Assembly (NCBI GenBank): GCA_963666515.2
Contig: OY762897.2
Coordinates: forward strand, 608,001 to 672,000
DNA length: 64,000 nucleotides
Source: Candidatus Binatia bacterium
GTDB lineage: Bacteria > Desulfobacterota > Binatia > UBA9968 > JAJDTQ01
Reading direction: 5' to 3'
This document shows positions 1 through 8,529 of the stretch, piece after piece (position 1 is the stretch's first letter; every line of letters starts with the position of its first letter). The position numbers and the translations under genes were made by a program. Under the pieces are notes generated by a model. It worked only from the letters and a program-made list of their open reading frames with translations, did no database searches and had not been told where the DNA came from.

Positions 1-1
1 G

Positions 2-613
2 GAGACGCTGGCGTCCGCGTCCGCCTTCGGCGGAGGCCCGCCGCCGCCGTCCCGCCCGGAGCCGGTGATCAGCAACGCGCGCCTGGGGCTGATGATGTTC
101 ATCGGCGCGGAGGTGATGTTCTTCGCGGGGCTGATCGGCGCGTTCCTGGTGTTGCGGCTGAGCAGCGAGGTCTGGCCGCCGCCGGCGCAACCGCGGTTGC
201 CGGTTTGGATCACGGGGTTCAACACGCTGGTGCTGCTCGTGAGCGGCCTTGCCATGCACCGGGCATCGCTGGCCGCCCGGCTGCGGGACCAGGTAAGGCT
301 CTCCGGCTGGCTGCTGACCACCGCGGTCCTGGGGGCGCTGTTCCTGTGCATCCAGGGCTACGAGTGGGTGCGGCTGATCGGGTTCGGGTTGACCATGTGG
401 AGCGGCCTGTACGGCTCGACGTTCTATGCCCTCATCGGATTGCACGGGCTCCATGTCATGGGAGCCTTGGTGTGGGTGGCGGTGGTGTGGAGCTTCGCGC
501 GGCAGGGACGCTACGCCGCCGGCCACACGGTGGGCGTCGAGACCTGCACCATGTACTGGACGTTCGTGGTGGCGCTGTGGCCGGTGCTGTACGGCCTCGT
601 GTACCTGTACTGA
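2..613 (+). CDS. ctaE: Cytochrome c oxidase subunit III family protein (5' end runs off the window)
   Basis: Frame open to the window edge. Motifs FIGAEVMFF, NTLVLLVSG, QGYEW, GLHGLHV and YWTFV are typical of COX3. Confidence 0.9.
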   Translation, partial: ETLASASAFGGGPPPPSRPEPVISNARLGLMMFIGAEVMFFAGLIGAFLVLRLSSEVWPPPAQPRLPVWITGFNTLVLLVSGLAMHRASLAARLRDQVRLSGWLLTTAVLGALFLCIQGYEWVRLIGFGLTMWSGLYGSTFYALIGLHGLHVMGALVWVAVVWSFARQGRYAAGHTVGVETCTMYWTFVVALWPVLYGLVYLY

Positions 614-623
614 GAGTGAACGC

Positions 624-803
624 ATGGCGGAAACCGAGCGGATCGCGGAGGCGTTCAACTGGACCGTCGTGTTCCTGATGGCCATGCCCTACGCCACCCT
701 GGCCGGTTGCCTGGGCTGGATCATCTACCGTTACACGCGTTCGCACAGGGCCGGCGAGGACAGGCAGGCCCGGCTCCATATCGTCAAAAAAGGAGAATGC
801 TAG
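624..803 (+). CDS. Small single-TM membrane protein in the cox operon (59 aa)
   Basis: ATG at 624 gives MAETERIAEAFNWTVVFLMAMPYATLAGCLGWIIYRY... It fills the gap between two cox3 genes and its stop abuts the next ATG. Confidence 0.65.
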   Translation: MAETERIAEAFNWTVVFLMAMPYATLAGCLGWIIYRYTRSHRAGEDRQARLHIVKKGEC

Positions 804-1415
804 ATGAGCGAAGCAGCGACGTTACATCGGGAGCCCGCGGAGTCTCCCCTCACCCCCGAAAGCTGGGGCAAGCTGGGGATGTGGATCTTCCTCTGCGGCG
901 ACGCGATGACCTTCGGGACCCTCATCGTGACCTTCGGCATCATGCGCATCGCCGCGCCCGACTGGCCGGTGCCGGCCGAAGTGCTGGGCATCAACCTGAC
1001 CGCGGCCATGACCTTTCTGCTCATCTGCAGCAGCGTGACCATGGTGCTGGCCCTGTCCGGCATCAAGCGCGGCAATCTGCAGGAGTTCAGGAAGTTCATG
1101 CTGCTGACGATCCTCGGAGGGGCCCTGTTCCTGGCGTTGCAGGCCTACGAGTGGAACCATCTCATCCATATCGGCGTGACCATTTCCGCCAACAAGTTCG
1201 GCTCGCCGGTGTTCGGCGACACCTTCTACATCATGACCGGCTTTCACGGCATGCACGTGTTCGGCGGCGTGGTCTACCTCGCGGTCATCCTGGTGGGGGG
1301 ACTCACCGGCCGCATCACCCAGCACAACGCCTCGGTGGTGGAGATCGCCGGACTCTACTGGCACTTCGTCGACCTCGTGTGGATCCTGATCTTTACCTTC
1401 GTCTACCTCTTGTAG
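804..1415 (+). CDS. Cytochrome c oxidase subunit III family protein (second copy)
   Basis: KLGMWIFLCGD, TGFHGMHV, GLYWHFVDLVW motifs; AAGGAG RBS upstream. Confidence 0.92.
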   Translation: MSEAATLHREPAESPLTPESWGKLGMWIFLCGDAMTFGTLIVTFGIMRIAAPDWPVPAEVLGINLTAAMTFLLICSSVTMVLALSGIKRGNLQEFRKFMLLTILGGALFLALQAYEWNHLIHIGVTISANKFGSPVFGDTFYIMTGFHGMHVFGGVVYLAVILVGGLTGRITQHNASVVEIAGLYWHFVDLVWILIFTFVYLL

Positions 1416-1431
1416 GATACGGGAGACATCC

Positions 1432-1722
1432 ATGGCAGATACAGCAGCAGCCCATAACGAAGCCCACGCGGAGCCCAACTACTTGGCCGTATTCGGTTGG
1501 CTCTTCGTCCTGACGGTGATCGAGGTGGGGGTGATCTTCGTGCCGATCCCGAAGCTGGCCATCGCGGCCTCGCTCGTGATCCTGGCGGCGGTAAAGGCGT
1601 CACTGGTGGCCATCTACTTCATGCACCTCAAGTTCGAGAAGCTCGTGATCTGGTGGATCGCCGTGATCCCCGTCATCCTCTGCGTGTTCCTGATCTTCAT
1701 GCTGATTCCCGAGCTGGCTTGA
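1432..1722 (+). CDS. ctaF: Prokaryotic cytochrome c oxidase subunit IV
   Basis: Three TM helices, KASLVAIYFMHLKFE motif, cox operon context. Confidence 0.88.
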   Translation: MADTAAAHNEAHAEPNYLAVFGWLFVLTVIEVGVIFVPIPKLAIAASLVILAAVKASLVAIYFMHLKFEKLVIWWIAVIPVILCVFLIFMLIPELA

Positions 1723-1740
1723 GTTCAAGGCGGCGCGTGA

Positions 1741-1775
1741 GTCCGGGCCGGGCCTGAAAGGGCCCCGGCCCGGAC
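1741..1775. other. GC-rich stem-loop between coxIV and the DUF420 gene
   Basis: gtccgggccggg ... cccggcccggac form a 12-bp inverted repeat. Confidence 0.55.
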
Positions 1776-1791
1776 CCCGCCAACGCTTCCG

Positions 1792-2214
1792 TTGTTCCCC
1801 GTCTCCTCGCTTCCTCACCTGAACGCGCTGCTCAACGCGGTCAGCGCGGTTCTGCTCCTCACCGGCTACGGCTTCATCCGGCGTGGCAACGTCGCCGCCC
1901 ACAGACGGTGCATGGTGGCTGCGCTCGGCAGTTCCGGGCTGTTCCTGATCTCGTACCTCGTTTACCACTTCAGCGTGGGCTCCGTCCGCTTCCAGGGACA
2001 GGGCTGGATCCGGACGGTGTACTTCGCGGTGCTGGTGTCGCACACGGTCCTGGCCACCGCCATCGTGCCGCTGGTGGTGATCACCGTCGTGCGGGCGCTG
2101 AGGGAACGTTTCGACAAGCACCGCGCCATCGCGCGCTGGACCCTGCCGCTGTGGATCTACGTGTCGGCCACCGGCGTCGTGGTCTACTGGATGCTGTATC
2201 AGATGGAGTTCTAG
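1792..2214 (+). CDS. DUF420 (CtaM/YozB-like) membrane protein, oxidase assembly
   Basis: LNALLN, HRRCM, FLISYLVYH, SHTVLA and LWIYVSATGVVVY motifs. Confidence 0.88.
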   Translation: MFPVSSLPHLNALLNAVSAVLLLTGYGFIRRGNVAAHRRCMVAALGSSGLFLISYLVYHFSVGSVRFQGQGWIRTVYFAVLVSHTVLATAIVPLVVITVVRALRERFDKHRAIARWTLPLWIYVSATGVVVYWMLYQMEF

Positions 2215-3005
2215 CTTGCGTCGAAGGCGGCGACGGCGCGCACGGCGTCGGCGACCCCCGGCGCCGCGGCGATGACGGGGTTGCCGCGCAGCAAGCCGTC
2301 GTTGGCGAGAACATCGTTGGTCCAACCGCCGGCCTCCCTGACCAGCAGTATCCCGGCCAGGAAATCCCAGGCGTTGAGATGGGCCTCCAGGAAGCCGAGC
2401 AGACGGCCGGCGCCGACGTAGGCCAGCGTCAGGGCGCTGGAGCCATTGCACTGGTACATCCCGCCGGCGGCCAACAGCCGGCGGATGGTGTCGACCGCGG
2501 CCTCGCCCGAGGTCCGGGTCGAATAGCCGACGCCGACGTTGCCCTGGGTCAGGCTGTCCGCGGCGCTGGTCGAAATCGGCGTCTCGCCGCAGAAGGTGCC
2601 GTGGCCGCGGCGCGCCGAGAAGATCTCGTCCGCGTTCGGGTCGTAGACGACGCCGACCTCGATGTGACCCTGCCGCAGATAGGCGATGGAAACGCACCAG
2701 ACCGGCACCCGGTTGACGAAGTTGGTGGTTCCGTCGATGGGGTCAACGACCCAGATGCCGCTGGCGTCCTGGTTGTCGCCGCCGCCTTCTTCGCCCAGAA
2801 ACCCGTCTTCGGGAAAGAGCCCTCGAAGGCGCTCCCGGATAAGCGCCTCCACGGCGTGGTCGGCCTGGCTGACGAAGTCCTGCCGGCCCTTGGCGACCAC
2901 CTCCAGCGCGTCCGGATTGCGGAAATAGCCCAGCGCCGCCCGGCCCGCTTCGCGTGCAACGTCCTTCGCCGCCCGGAGGCGGTCGGCCTGTTGCTGCTGA
3001 TCCAT
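2211..3005 (-). CDS. Inositol monophosphatase family phosphatase
   Basis: FLGEE, WVVDPIDGTTNF and WDFLAG motifs; probable start MDQQQQ at 3005. Confidence 0.9.
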   Translation of the reverse strand: MDQQQQADRLRAAKDVAREAGRAALGYFRNPDALEVVAKGRQDFVSQADHAVEALIRERLRGLFPEDGFLGEEGGGDNQDASGIWVVDPIDGTTNFVNRVPVWCVSIAYLRQGHIEVGVVYDPNADEIFSARRGHGTFCGETPISTSAADSLTQGNVGVGYSTRTSGEAAVDTIRRLLAAGGMYQCNGSSALTLAYVGAGRLLGFLEAHLNAWDFLAGILLVREAGGWTNDVLANDGLLRGNPVIAAAPGVADAVRAVAAFDAS

Positions 3006-3010
3006 ACCCC

Positions 3011-4087
3011 TCAAGCCCGGTTCTCCAGAAGCGTCACGCCGCGTTCGCGGAACGCGATCCGCACGCGGGTCCCCGCCGGGATCCACGCGTCGAACTGGTA
3101 GTCCGCGACGAAGATCTCGCCGAGCCCGGTGTCGAGCGTGTACTCGACGTGACTGCCGACGTAGGTGCTCTTGGATACGGTTCCCGTGAGTCCATCCCCG
3201 TCTCCGGCCGCCTCCAGCATCACCGCTTCCGGCCGGACCGCGATCTTGACGGGACCGGCGGGAAGCCCCCGGTGGGGCAGACGAAGCTCCACCCGGCGGC
3301 CCACGCGGACGGTTGCGTGGTCGCCGTCGCGGCCCAGCAGCTCGGCGTCGAGCACGTTGGCGTCGCCGATGAAGTCGGCGACGAAGATATCACGGGGCGC
3401 CTCGTAAAGCTCGCTCGGGGCGCCTTCCTGCGCGATCTCCGCGTTGCGCATGACGATGATCCGGTCCGATACCGCCAGGGCCTCCTCCTGGTCGTGGGTG
3501 ACGTAGACCGTTGTCAGGGCGAGGCTCTGTTGCAGCTCCCGGATCTCCTCGCGGACCCGGCGTCGCAGCTTGGCGTCGAGGTTCGAGAGCGGCTCGTCGA
3601 ACAACAACACCGTCGGTTCGAGGACGAGGGCGCGGGCGACGGCAACCCGCTGCTGCTGTCCGCCGGAAAGCTCGCTGGGCAGCCGCTCCCCATAACCGGA
3701 CAGACCGACCAGCTTCAGGCCCTCCTCGGCGCGGTCCCGCATCTCCGTCTTGCCGATGCCGCTGACCGAGAGGCCGTAGGAGACGTTCTCGAACACCGTC
3801 ATGTGCGGGAACAGGGCATAGGACTGGAACACCATGGAGACGTCCCGCGCGCTGGCCGGCAGGCGGGAGACGTCGTCGCCGTCGATGAACACGCTGCCCG
3901 AGGTTGGCATTTCCAGGCCGGCGATGAGGCGGAGGGTCGTCGTCTTGCCACAGCCGCTCGGCCCCAGCAGGGTCACCAGGTCGCCGGGCTGGACCTCGAA
4001 GGAAATGCCGTCCACCGCCACCACCGGCCCGTAGTGCTTGCTGACGTTGTCGAACCGCACCGCTGCAGCCTGTCCCTCGATGCTCAT
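3011..4087 (-). CDS. afuC: ABC transporter ATP-binding subunit (AfuC/FbpC type)
   Basis: GPSGCGKTT, LSGGQQQR and LFDEP motifs; C-terminal TOBE-like region. Confidence 0.9.
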   Translation of the reverse strand: MSIEGQAAAVRFDNVSKHYGPVVAVDGISFEVQPGDLVTLLGPSGCGKTTTLRLIAGLEMPTSGSVFIDGDDVSRLPASARDVSMVFQSYALFPHMTVFENVSYGLSVSGIGKTEMRDRAEEGLKLVGLSGYGERLPSELSGGQQQRVAVARALVLEPTVLLFDEPLSNLDAKLRRRVREEIRELQQSLALTTVYVTHDQEEALAVSDRIIVMRNAEIAQEGAPSELYEAPRDIFVADFIGDANVLDAELLGRDGDHATVRVGRRVELRLPHRGLPAGPVKIAVRPEAVMLEAAGDGDGLTGTVSKSTYVGSHVEYTLDTGLGEIFVADYQFDAWIPAGTRVRIAFRERGVTLLENRA

Positions 4088-6294
4088 CCCACCGCTCCTC
4101 CCGCGCCGAAGGCGACGTTCATGGACTCCTCCCGGCGGCCGATGCGCCTTTGGCCGACGGCCAGTTGAATCAGCGAGATCACCACCACCATGACGACGAT
4201 CAGAACGGAACTATAGGCGATGGAGAGTCCATAGTCGCCGTTCTCCACCCGGCCGATGATATAGGACGTCGCCATGTCGTAGTTGGCGCTCACCAGGAAG
4301 ATCACCGCGCTGATGGCCGTCATCGCGCGGACGAAGCTGAAGACCAGGGCCGCGGTCACCGCCGGGCGCAGCAGCGGCAGCACCACCTTGCGGACGGTGG
4401 CGAAGGAACTGGCCCCCAACGTGAGTGAGGCCTCGTCCAGGCTCTTGTCTATCTGGGTCATGGCCGCGATGCCGGCGCGGACGCCCACCGGCATGTTCCG
4501 GAAGATGAAGCAGATGACCAGGATGATGCCGGTGCCCGTAAGCTCGATGGGCGGCACGTTGAACGCCAGGATGTACCCGACGCCGATGACCGTGCCGGGT
4601 ATCGCGAAGCTCAACATGGTGCCGAACTCGAACGCCTGCTGGCCCGCGAACTTCTGGCGGATCAGCAGGTAGGCGGTGAGCAGACCCACCGCCGCGGTCA
4701 GCGGCGCGGAGATGACGGAGATGTAGATGGTCGTCCAGAAGGAATTCCAGGCGGCGCCCGACCAGACCAGGCCGCCGGCGCCGGTGGTGATGGAGAAGGC
4801 GTCGATGTAGTGGCGCAGGGTGAGGCTGTGGTCCCGGCCCCACAGCTCGACGAAGCCGCCGAACATGATCATCAGGTAGATCACCGCGGTAAGACCGGCC
4901 CATGGAAGGGCCGAACCGTAGACCAGCCAGGTTACCCGCTTGGGCAGGGCGACGTGCAGTCCGGCATCGCCCTTGCCGGTGACGGTGGCATACGACTTGT
5001 GTCCCAGCCAGCGATGTTGGGCCCAGAACGCGGTCAAGGTGAAGGCCAGCAGAATGATGGCCAGGACCGCGGCCCGTCCCTGGTCGTTCTGGGCGCCGAC
5101 GATGGCGAAGAAGATGGATGTCGACAACACGTCGAAGTTGCCGCCCAGGACCAGGGGGTTGCCGAAGTCGGCCAGGCTTTCGATGAAGCCTACGAGGAAC
5201 GCGTTGGCCAGCCCCGGACGCATCAGCGGCAACGAGACAGTGGTGAAGGTGCGCCAGTTGCTGGCGCGCAGGGTCTGCGAGGCTTCTTCCATCGAGGGAC
5301 TGACCCCTTCGACCACGCCGATCAGGACCAGGAAGGCGATGGGGGTGAAGGCCAGCGTCTGGGCCAGCCAGATGCCGGGCAGGCCATAGATGTAGCGTCC
5401 CGGCGTCGTGCCGGTAATCGCCTCGATGGCCTGGGTCACCATGCCCGAAGCGCCGAACAGCAGGATGATGGCGAGGCCGATGACGAAGGGCGGAGTGATG
5501 ATCGGCAGGACGCTAAGGAGACGCAGTAGTCTCTTGGCCCGGAAACCGGTGCGCGTTGCCAGCAGGGCGAAAGCCAGTCCCAGGACCGTCGTGCTCACGC
5601 CGACCACGATGGCCATCAACAGGGAGTTCCAGGCGACGCCGCAGTTGACGTTGGCGGTGAGACAGCCCACGCCCCAGATGTCCCGGCTGAACAGCTTCTC
5701 GACGAAGAGGTAGGGGACGAAGTTGTAGTCGTTGTCCTGGAAGGCGCTGGCCAGGATGCTCACGACCGGGAAGAAGATGAAGGCGGCAACCAGCGCGATG
5801 ACGAGGGCGATGGAGCCCAACACGAAGCCGTCGCCGTTGATCGCCCCGCGCGCGGCAAGGCCCTGCGCGAACAGAAAGAGAAACGCGGCCGAGACCAGCA
5901 GGGCGCCGTAACCCATGCCGTACTGGCGATCGCCAAGCGGGCCGAAGAGCCCTTCCAGAGCGGGATACTCCCAGCCGCCGATGCCGATCAGGAACCCTTG
6001 GGCCAGGAAACAGACGGCGCCCAGGCTACCGGCCGCCAGCAGGACCGTGGAGAAGAGCGGATCCGAGCGCCGGCGCCACAGCACCAGCAAGGGGGCCGCC
6101 AGCGGCAGCGCCATCGGCGCCAGCCACCAGCGGCCCATAAGCAGGATCTGAAGCACGGCCGGGGCCGCGTCGGCCCCGGCCGGGTAGTCGAACAGCCAGG
6201 CGAATGACCAGAACCCGTCCTCCACGCCGTACCAAGGGAGGAGCGCAAAGCCGCCCCATCCCACGGCAAGCCAAAGCGCGGCGGGCCGATTCAT
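4084..6294 (-). CDS. afuB: ABC transporter fused double permease (AfuB type)
   Basis: 736 aa, two EAS..LGA/LRA loops, long N-terminal TM extension. Confidence 0.88.
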   Translation of the reverse strand: MNRPAALWLAVGWGGFALLPWYGVEDGFWSFAWLFDYPAGADAAPAVLQILLMGRWWLAPMALPLAAPLLVLWRRRSDPLFSTVLLAAGSLGAVCFLAQGFLIGIGGWEYPALEGLFGPLGDRQYGMGYGALLVSAAFLFLFAQGLAARGAINGDGFVLGSIALVIALVAAFIFFPVVSILASAFQDNDYNFVPYLFVEKLFSRDIWGVGCLTANVNCGVAWNSLLMAIVVGVSTTVLGLAFALLATRTGFRAKRLLRLLSVLPIITPPFVIGLAIILLFGASGMVTQAIEAITGTTPGRYIYGLPGIWLAQTLAFTPIAFLVLIGVVEGVSPSMEEASQTLRASNWRTFTTVSLPLMRPGLANAFLVGFIESLADFGNPLVLGGNFDVLSTSIFFAIVGAQNDQGRAAVLAIILLAFTLTAFWAQHRWLGHKSYATVTGKGDAGLHVALPKRVTWLVYGSALPWAGLTAVIYLMIMFGGFVELWGRDHSLTLRHYIDAFSITTGAGGLVWSGAAWNSFWTTIYISVISAPLTAAVGLLTAYLLIRQKFAGQQAFEFGTMLSFAIPGTVIGVGYILAFNVPPIELTGTGIILVICFIFRNMPVGVRAGIAAMTQIDKSLDEASLTLGASSFATVRKVVLPLLRPAVTAALVFSFVRAMTAISAVIFLVSANYDMATSYIIGRVENGDYGLSIAYSSVLIVVMVVVISLIQLAVGQRRIGRREESMNVAFGAGGAVG

Positions 6295-6337
6295 CAGCCT
6301 GTCAGGTCAGACGTTCAGCGCGGTAAACGGCAGATGT

Positions 6338-7372
6338 TTACCTTGGTAGCGTGGAGACGTCGTCGTCCCATTTCTTCAACAGCCGCCGCCGCTCTGCCGA
6401 CGAGCCGTATTTCTTGAAGTCGTAGTTGATCAGCTTGATCTGGCTCAGGTCCGGCGCCTGTGGCGGCGGAGTGGCCTTGGAGTTCGACGGCACCTGGTAG
6501 GCCCTGGCCTTCGCTGCCATGGTCTGAACCTTCGGATCGAGCGCGAAGTCTACCCACTTCTTGGCGCTTTCCGGATTGCGGCCGCCCTTGATGATGCTCA
6601 CCGAGCCGATCTCGTAGCCAGTGCCCTCGCAGGGCGAGACGATCTTGATGGGGAAGCCCTTGACCGCCTGGGTGACCGCATCGTGCTGGAAGACGATGCC
6701 GATGGTGGTCTCGCCCCGGGCCGACGCCTTGATCGGGGCCGAGCCCGACTTGGTGTACTGGTTGATGTTCTTGTGCAGGCCCTTCATGAACTCGAAGCCC
6801 TTGTCCTCGCCGAAGACCTGGACGATGGTGGCCAGCGTGGTGTAGGCGGTGCCGGAGGAATTGGGATTGGCCATCTGGACGTGGCCCTTGTAGGCCGGCT
6901 TGGTCAGGTCCGCCCAGCATTTCGGCGCCGGCACCTTGTGCTTGGCCGCGAGCTCGCTGTTGTAGCCGACGCCCAGGGCGCCGGCGTAGATGCCCACCGT
7001 CTTGTAGCCGGACTGCTCGGCTTGGCGCCGCGCCCAGTCCTGAAGCTCCGGCAGTCGGGGCGACTTGTACTCCTGCGTCAGGCCTTCCTCGGCCGCCTGC
7101 AGGTGCGGGTCGCCGGTGCCGCCCCACCACACGTCGCCCTTGGGATTCCGGCGCTCCGCCTTGATCTGGGCGAAGGTCTCGCCGGAACTCTTGCGGGTCA
7201 TGGCGACCTTGATGCCCGTGGACTTCTCGAACTCCTTGACCATGAGCTGGCACCACTCGATCTGCGGGCTGCAATACAGGGTCAGCTTGCCGGCGGCCGT
7301 GGCCGTATTGGCGGTTGCAGCCACGAGACCGGCGATGGCGAAGGCCGCAAACGAATAACCGAGACGGTTCAT
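6338..7372 (-). CDS. afuA: ABC substrate-binding protein, AfuA (sugar-phosphate) type
   Basis: Signal peptide; RKSSGET, WWGGTGDP, NPNSSGTAY, YTKSGSAP and PCEGTGYE motifs. Confidence 0.82.
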   Translation of the reverse strand: MNRLGYSFAAFAIAGLVAATANTATAAGKLTLYCSPQIEWCQLMVKEFEKSTGIKVAMTRKSSGETFAQIKAERRNPKGDVWWGGTGDPHLQAAEEGLTQEYKSPRLPELQDWARRQAEQSGYKTVGIYAGALGVGYNSELAAKHKVPAPKCWADLTKPAYKGHVQMANPNSSGTAYTTLATIVQVFGEDKGFEFMKGLHKNINQYTKSGSAPIKASARGETTIGIVFQHDAVTQAVKGFPIKIVSPCEGTGYEIGSVSIIKGGRNPESAKKWVDFALDPKVQTMAAKARAYQVPSNSKATPPPQAPDLSQIKLINYDFKKYGSSAERRRLLKKWDDDVSTLPR

Positions 7373-7609
7373 AATGCTGTCCTCCAATCTGCGTTCTGCA
7401 CGACAAAGCCCTCATCGGCGTGTGGCAACATGCCTTCACGCCGCGAAACTCACGGCGACGTTACCACACTCGACGCGGAGTTTGTAACCCTTTCACCATG
7501 GAGAAGAGTTGCGCGGAGCGGAGCCACCCGGATGCGGCACGGCGTCGTGTTGAAACCATGCCCTCCGGGCTGATATACGGCAGGCAGCATGCCAACAGGG
7601 AGTCACTCC

Positions 7610-8407
7610 ATGAAGACCATCGGCATCGTCGGCTGCGGCGCCATCGGCAAGGGACTCTTGAAAGCCTCGGATTCCGGGGCGCTGGCCGCGCGCGTGTGCG
7701 TGACCAGTCGCACGGAGAGCACTTGCCGGGACTTCCTCGAGACCCTCGACGCGTCCGTGCCTTTTCTCACCCTCGACGAGCTAATCGCCCGCTCCGACAT
7801 CGTCGTGGAAGCGGCCGGTGGCGCCGTGGTGCCGGATCTGGCGGGCCGGGCGTTCGATGCCGGCAAGGACCTCATGGTCATCAGCGTCGGCGCGCTGCTG
7901 GACCATCCCGAGGTGATCGAGCGGGCGAGGCAGACCGGTTGCCGGCTGCTGCTGCCTTCCGGCGCCATCGCCGCGCTCGACGGCGTCAAGTCCGCGTGCG
8001 CCGGGGAAGTGGCCCACGTGACCATCACCACCCGCAAGCCGCCACACGGCCTCGAAGGCGCTCCCTATCTCGTGCAAAACGACATCTCGCTGGAAGGCTT
8101 GACCGAGCCCACGGAGATATTCTCCGGCACCGCCCGGGAGGCCTGCCGGGCCTTCCCGGCTAACGTCAACGTCTCCGCGGCGGTGAGTCTGGCGGGCCTG
8201 GGGCCGGACCGCACGCGGATACGGATTCTCGCAGTACCCGGGCTGGAGCGGAACTGTCACGAGGTGGAGGCCGAGGGCGAGTTCGGCCGCCTGAACATGC
8301 GCATCGAGAACGTCCCCACCGAGAACCCGCGCACCGGCCGTCTGACCGTGCTGTCCATGATCCGCTCGCTTCAGGACGCGTTGGATCCCGTGCGGGTGGG
8401 TACTTGA
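7610..8407 (+). CDS. nadX: L-aspartate dehydrogenase family protein
   Basis: GCGAIG Rossmann motif; SVGAL, PSGAI, TTRKPP, FPANVNV, NCHEV and ENPRT motifs. Confidence 0.88.
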   Translation: MKTIGIVGCGAIGKGLLKASDSGALAARVCVTSRTESTCRDFLETLDASVPFLTLDELIARSDIVVEAAGGAVVPDLAGRAFDAGKDLMVISVGALLDHPEVIERARQTGCRLLLPSGAIAALDGVKSACAGEVAHVTITTRKPPHGLEGAPYLVQNDISLEGLTEPTEIFSGTAREACRAFPANVNVSAAVSLAGLGPDRTRIRILAVPGLERNCHEVEAEGEFGRLNMRIENVPTENPRTGRLTVLSMIRSLQDALDPVRVGT

Positions 8408-8449
8408 TGGGCCACCAGTCTAAGGACAAGCGGCGAGAATACCGCTACA

Positions 8450-8486
8450 CCGTTCGTCCTGAGCGTAGCGAAGCGAAGTCGAAGGA
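8450..8486 (+). repeat. Small interspersed intergenic repeat, copy 1
   Basis: ccgttcgtcctgagcgtagcgaagcgaagtcgaagga; a near-identical copy lies at 18804-18851. Confidence 0.8.
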
Positions 8487-8529
8487 GGCTGTTTGAATTG
8501 AGCCGCATTTCATCCAATGTTTCAATGCC

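Noticed and set aside
426-623. Cys-rich N-terminal part of track ORF 426..803 as a metal-binding or RiPP precursor peptide
   Set aside because: It lies in an alternative frame of cox3, where Cys/Trp/Arg richness is the expected off-frame product of GC-rich DNA. Only the ATG at 624 is credible.
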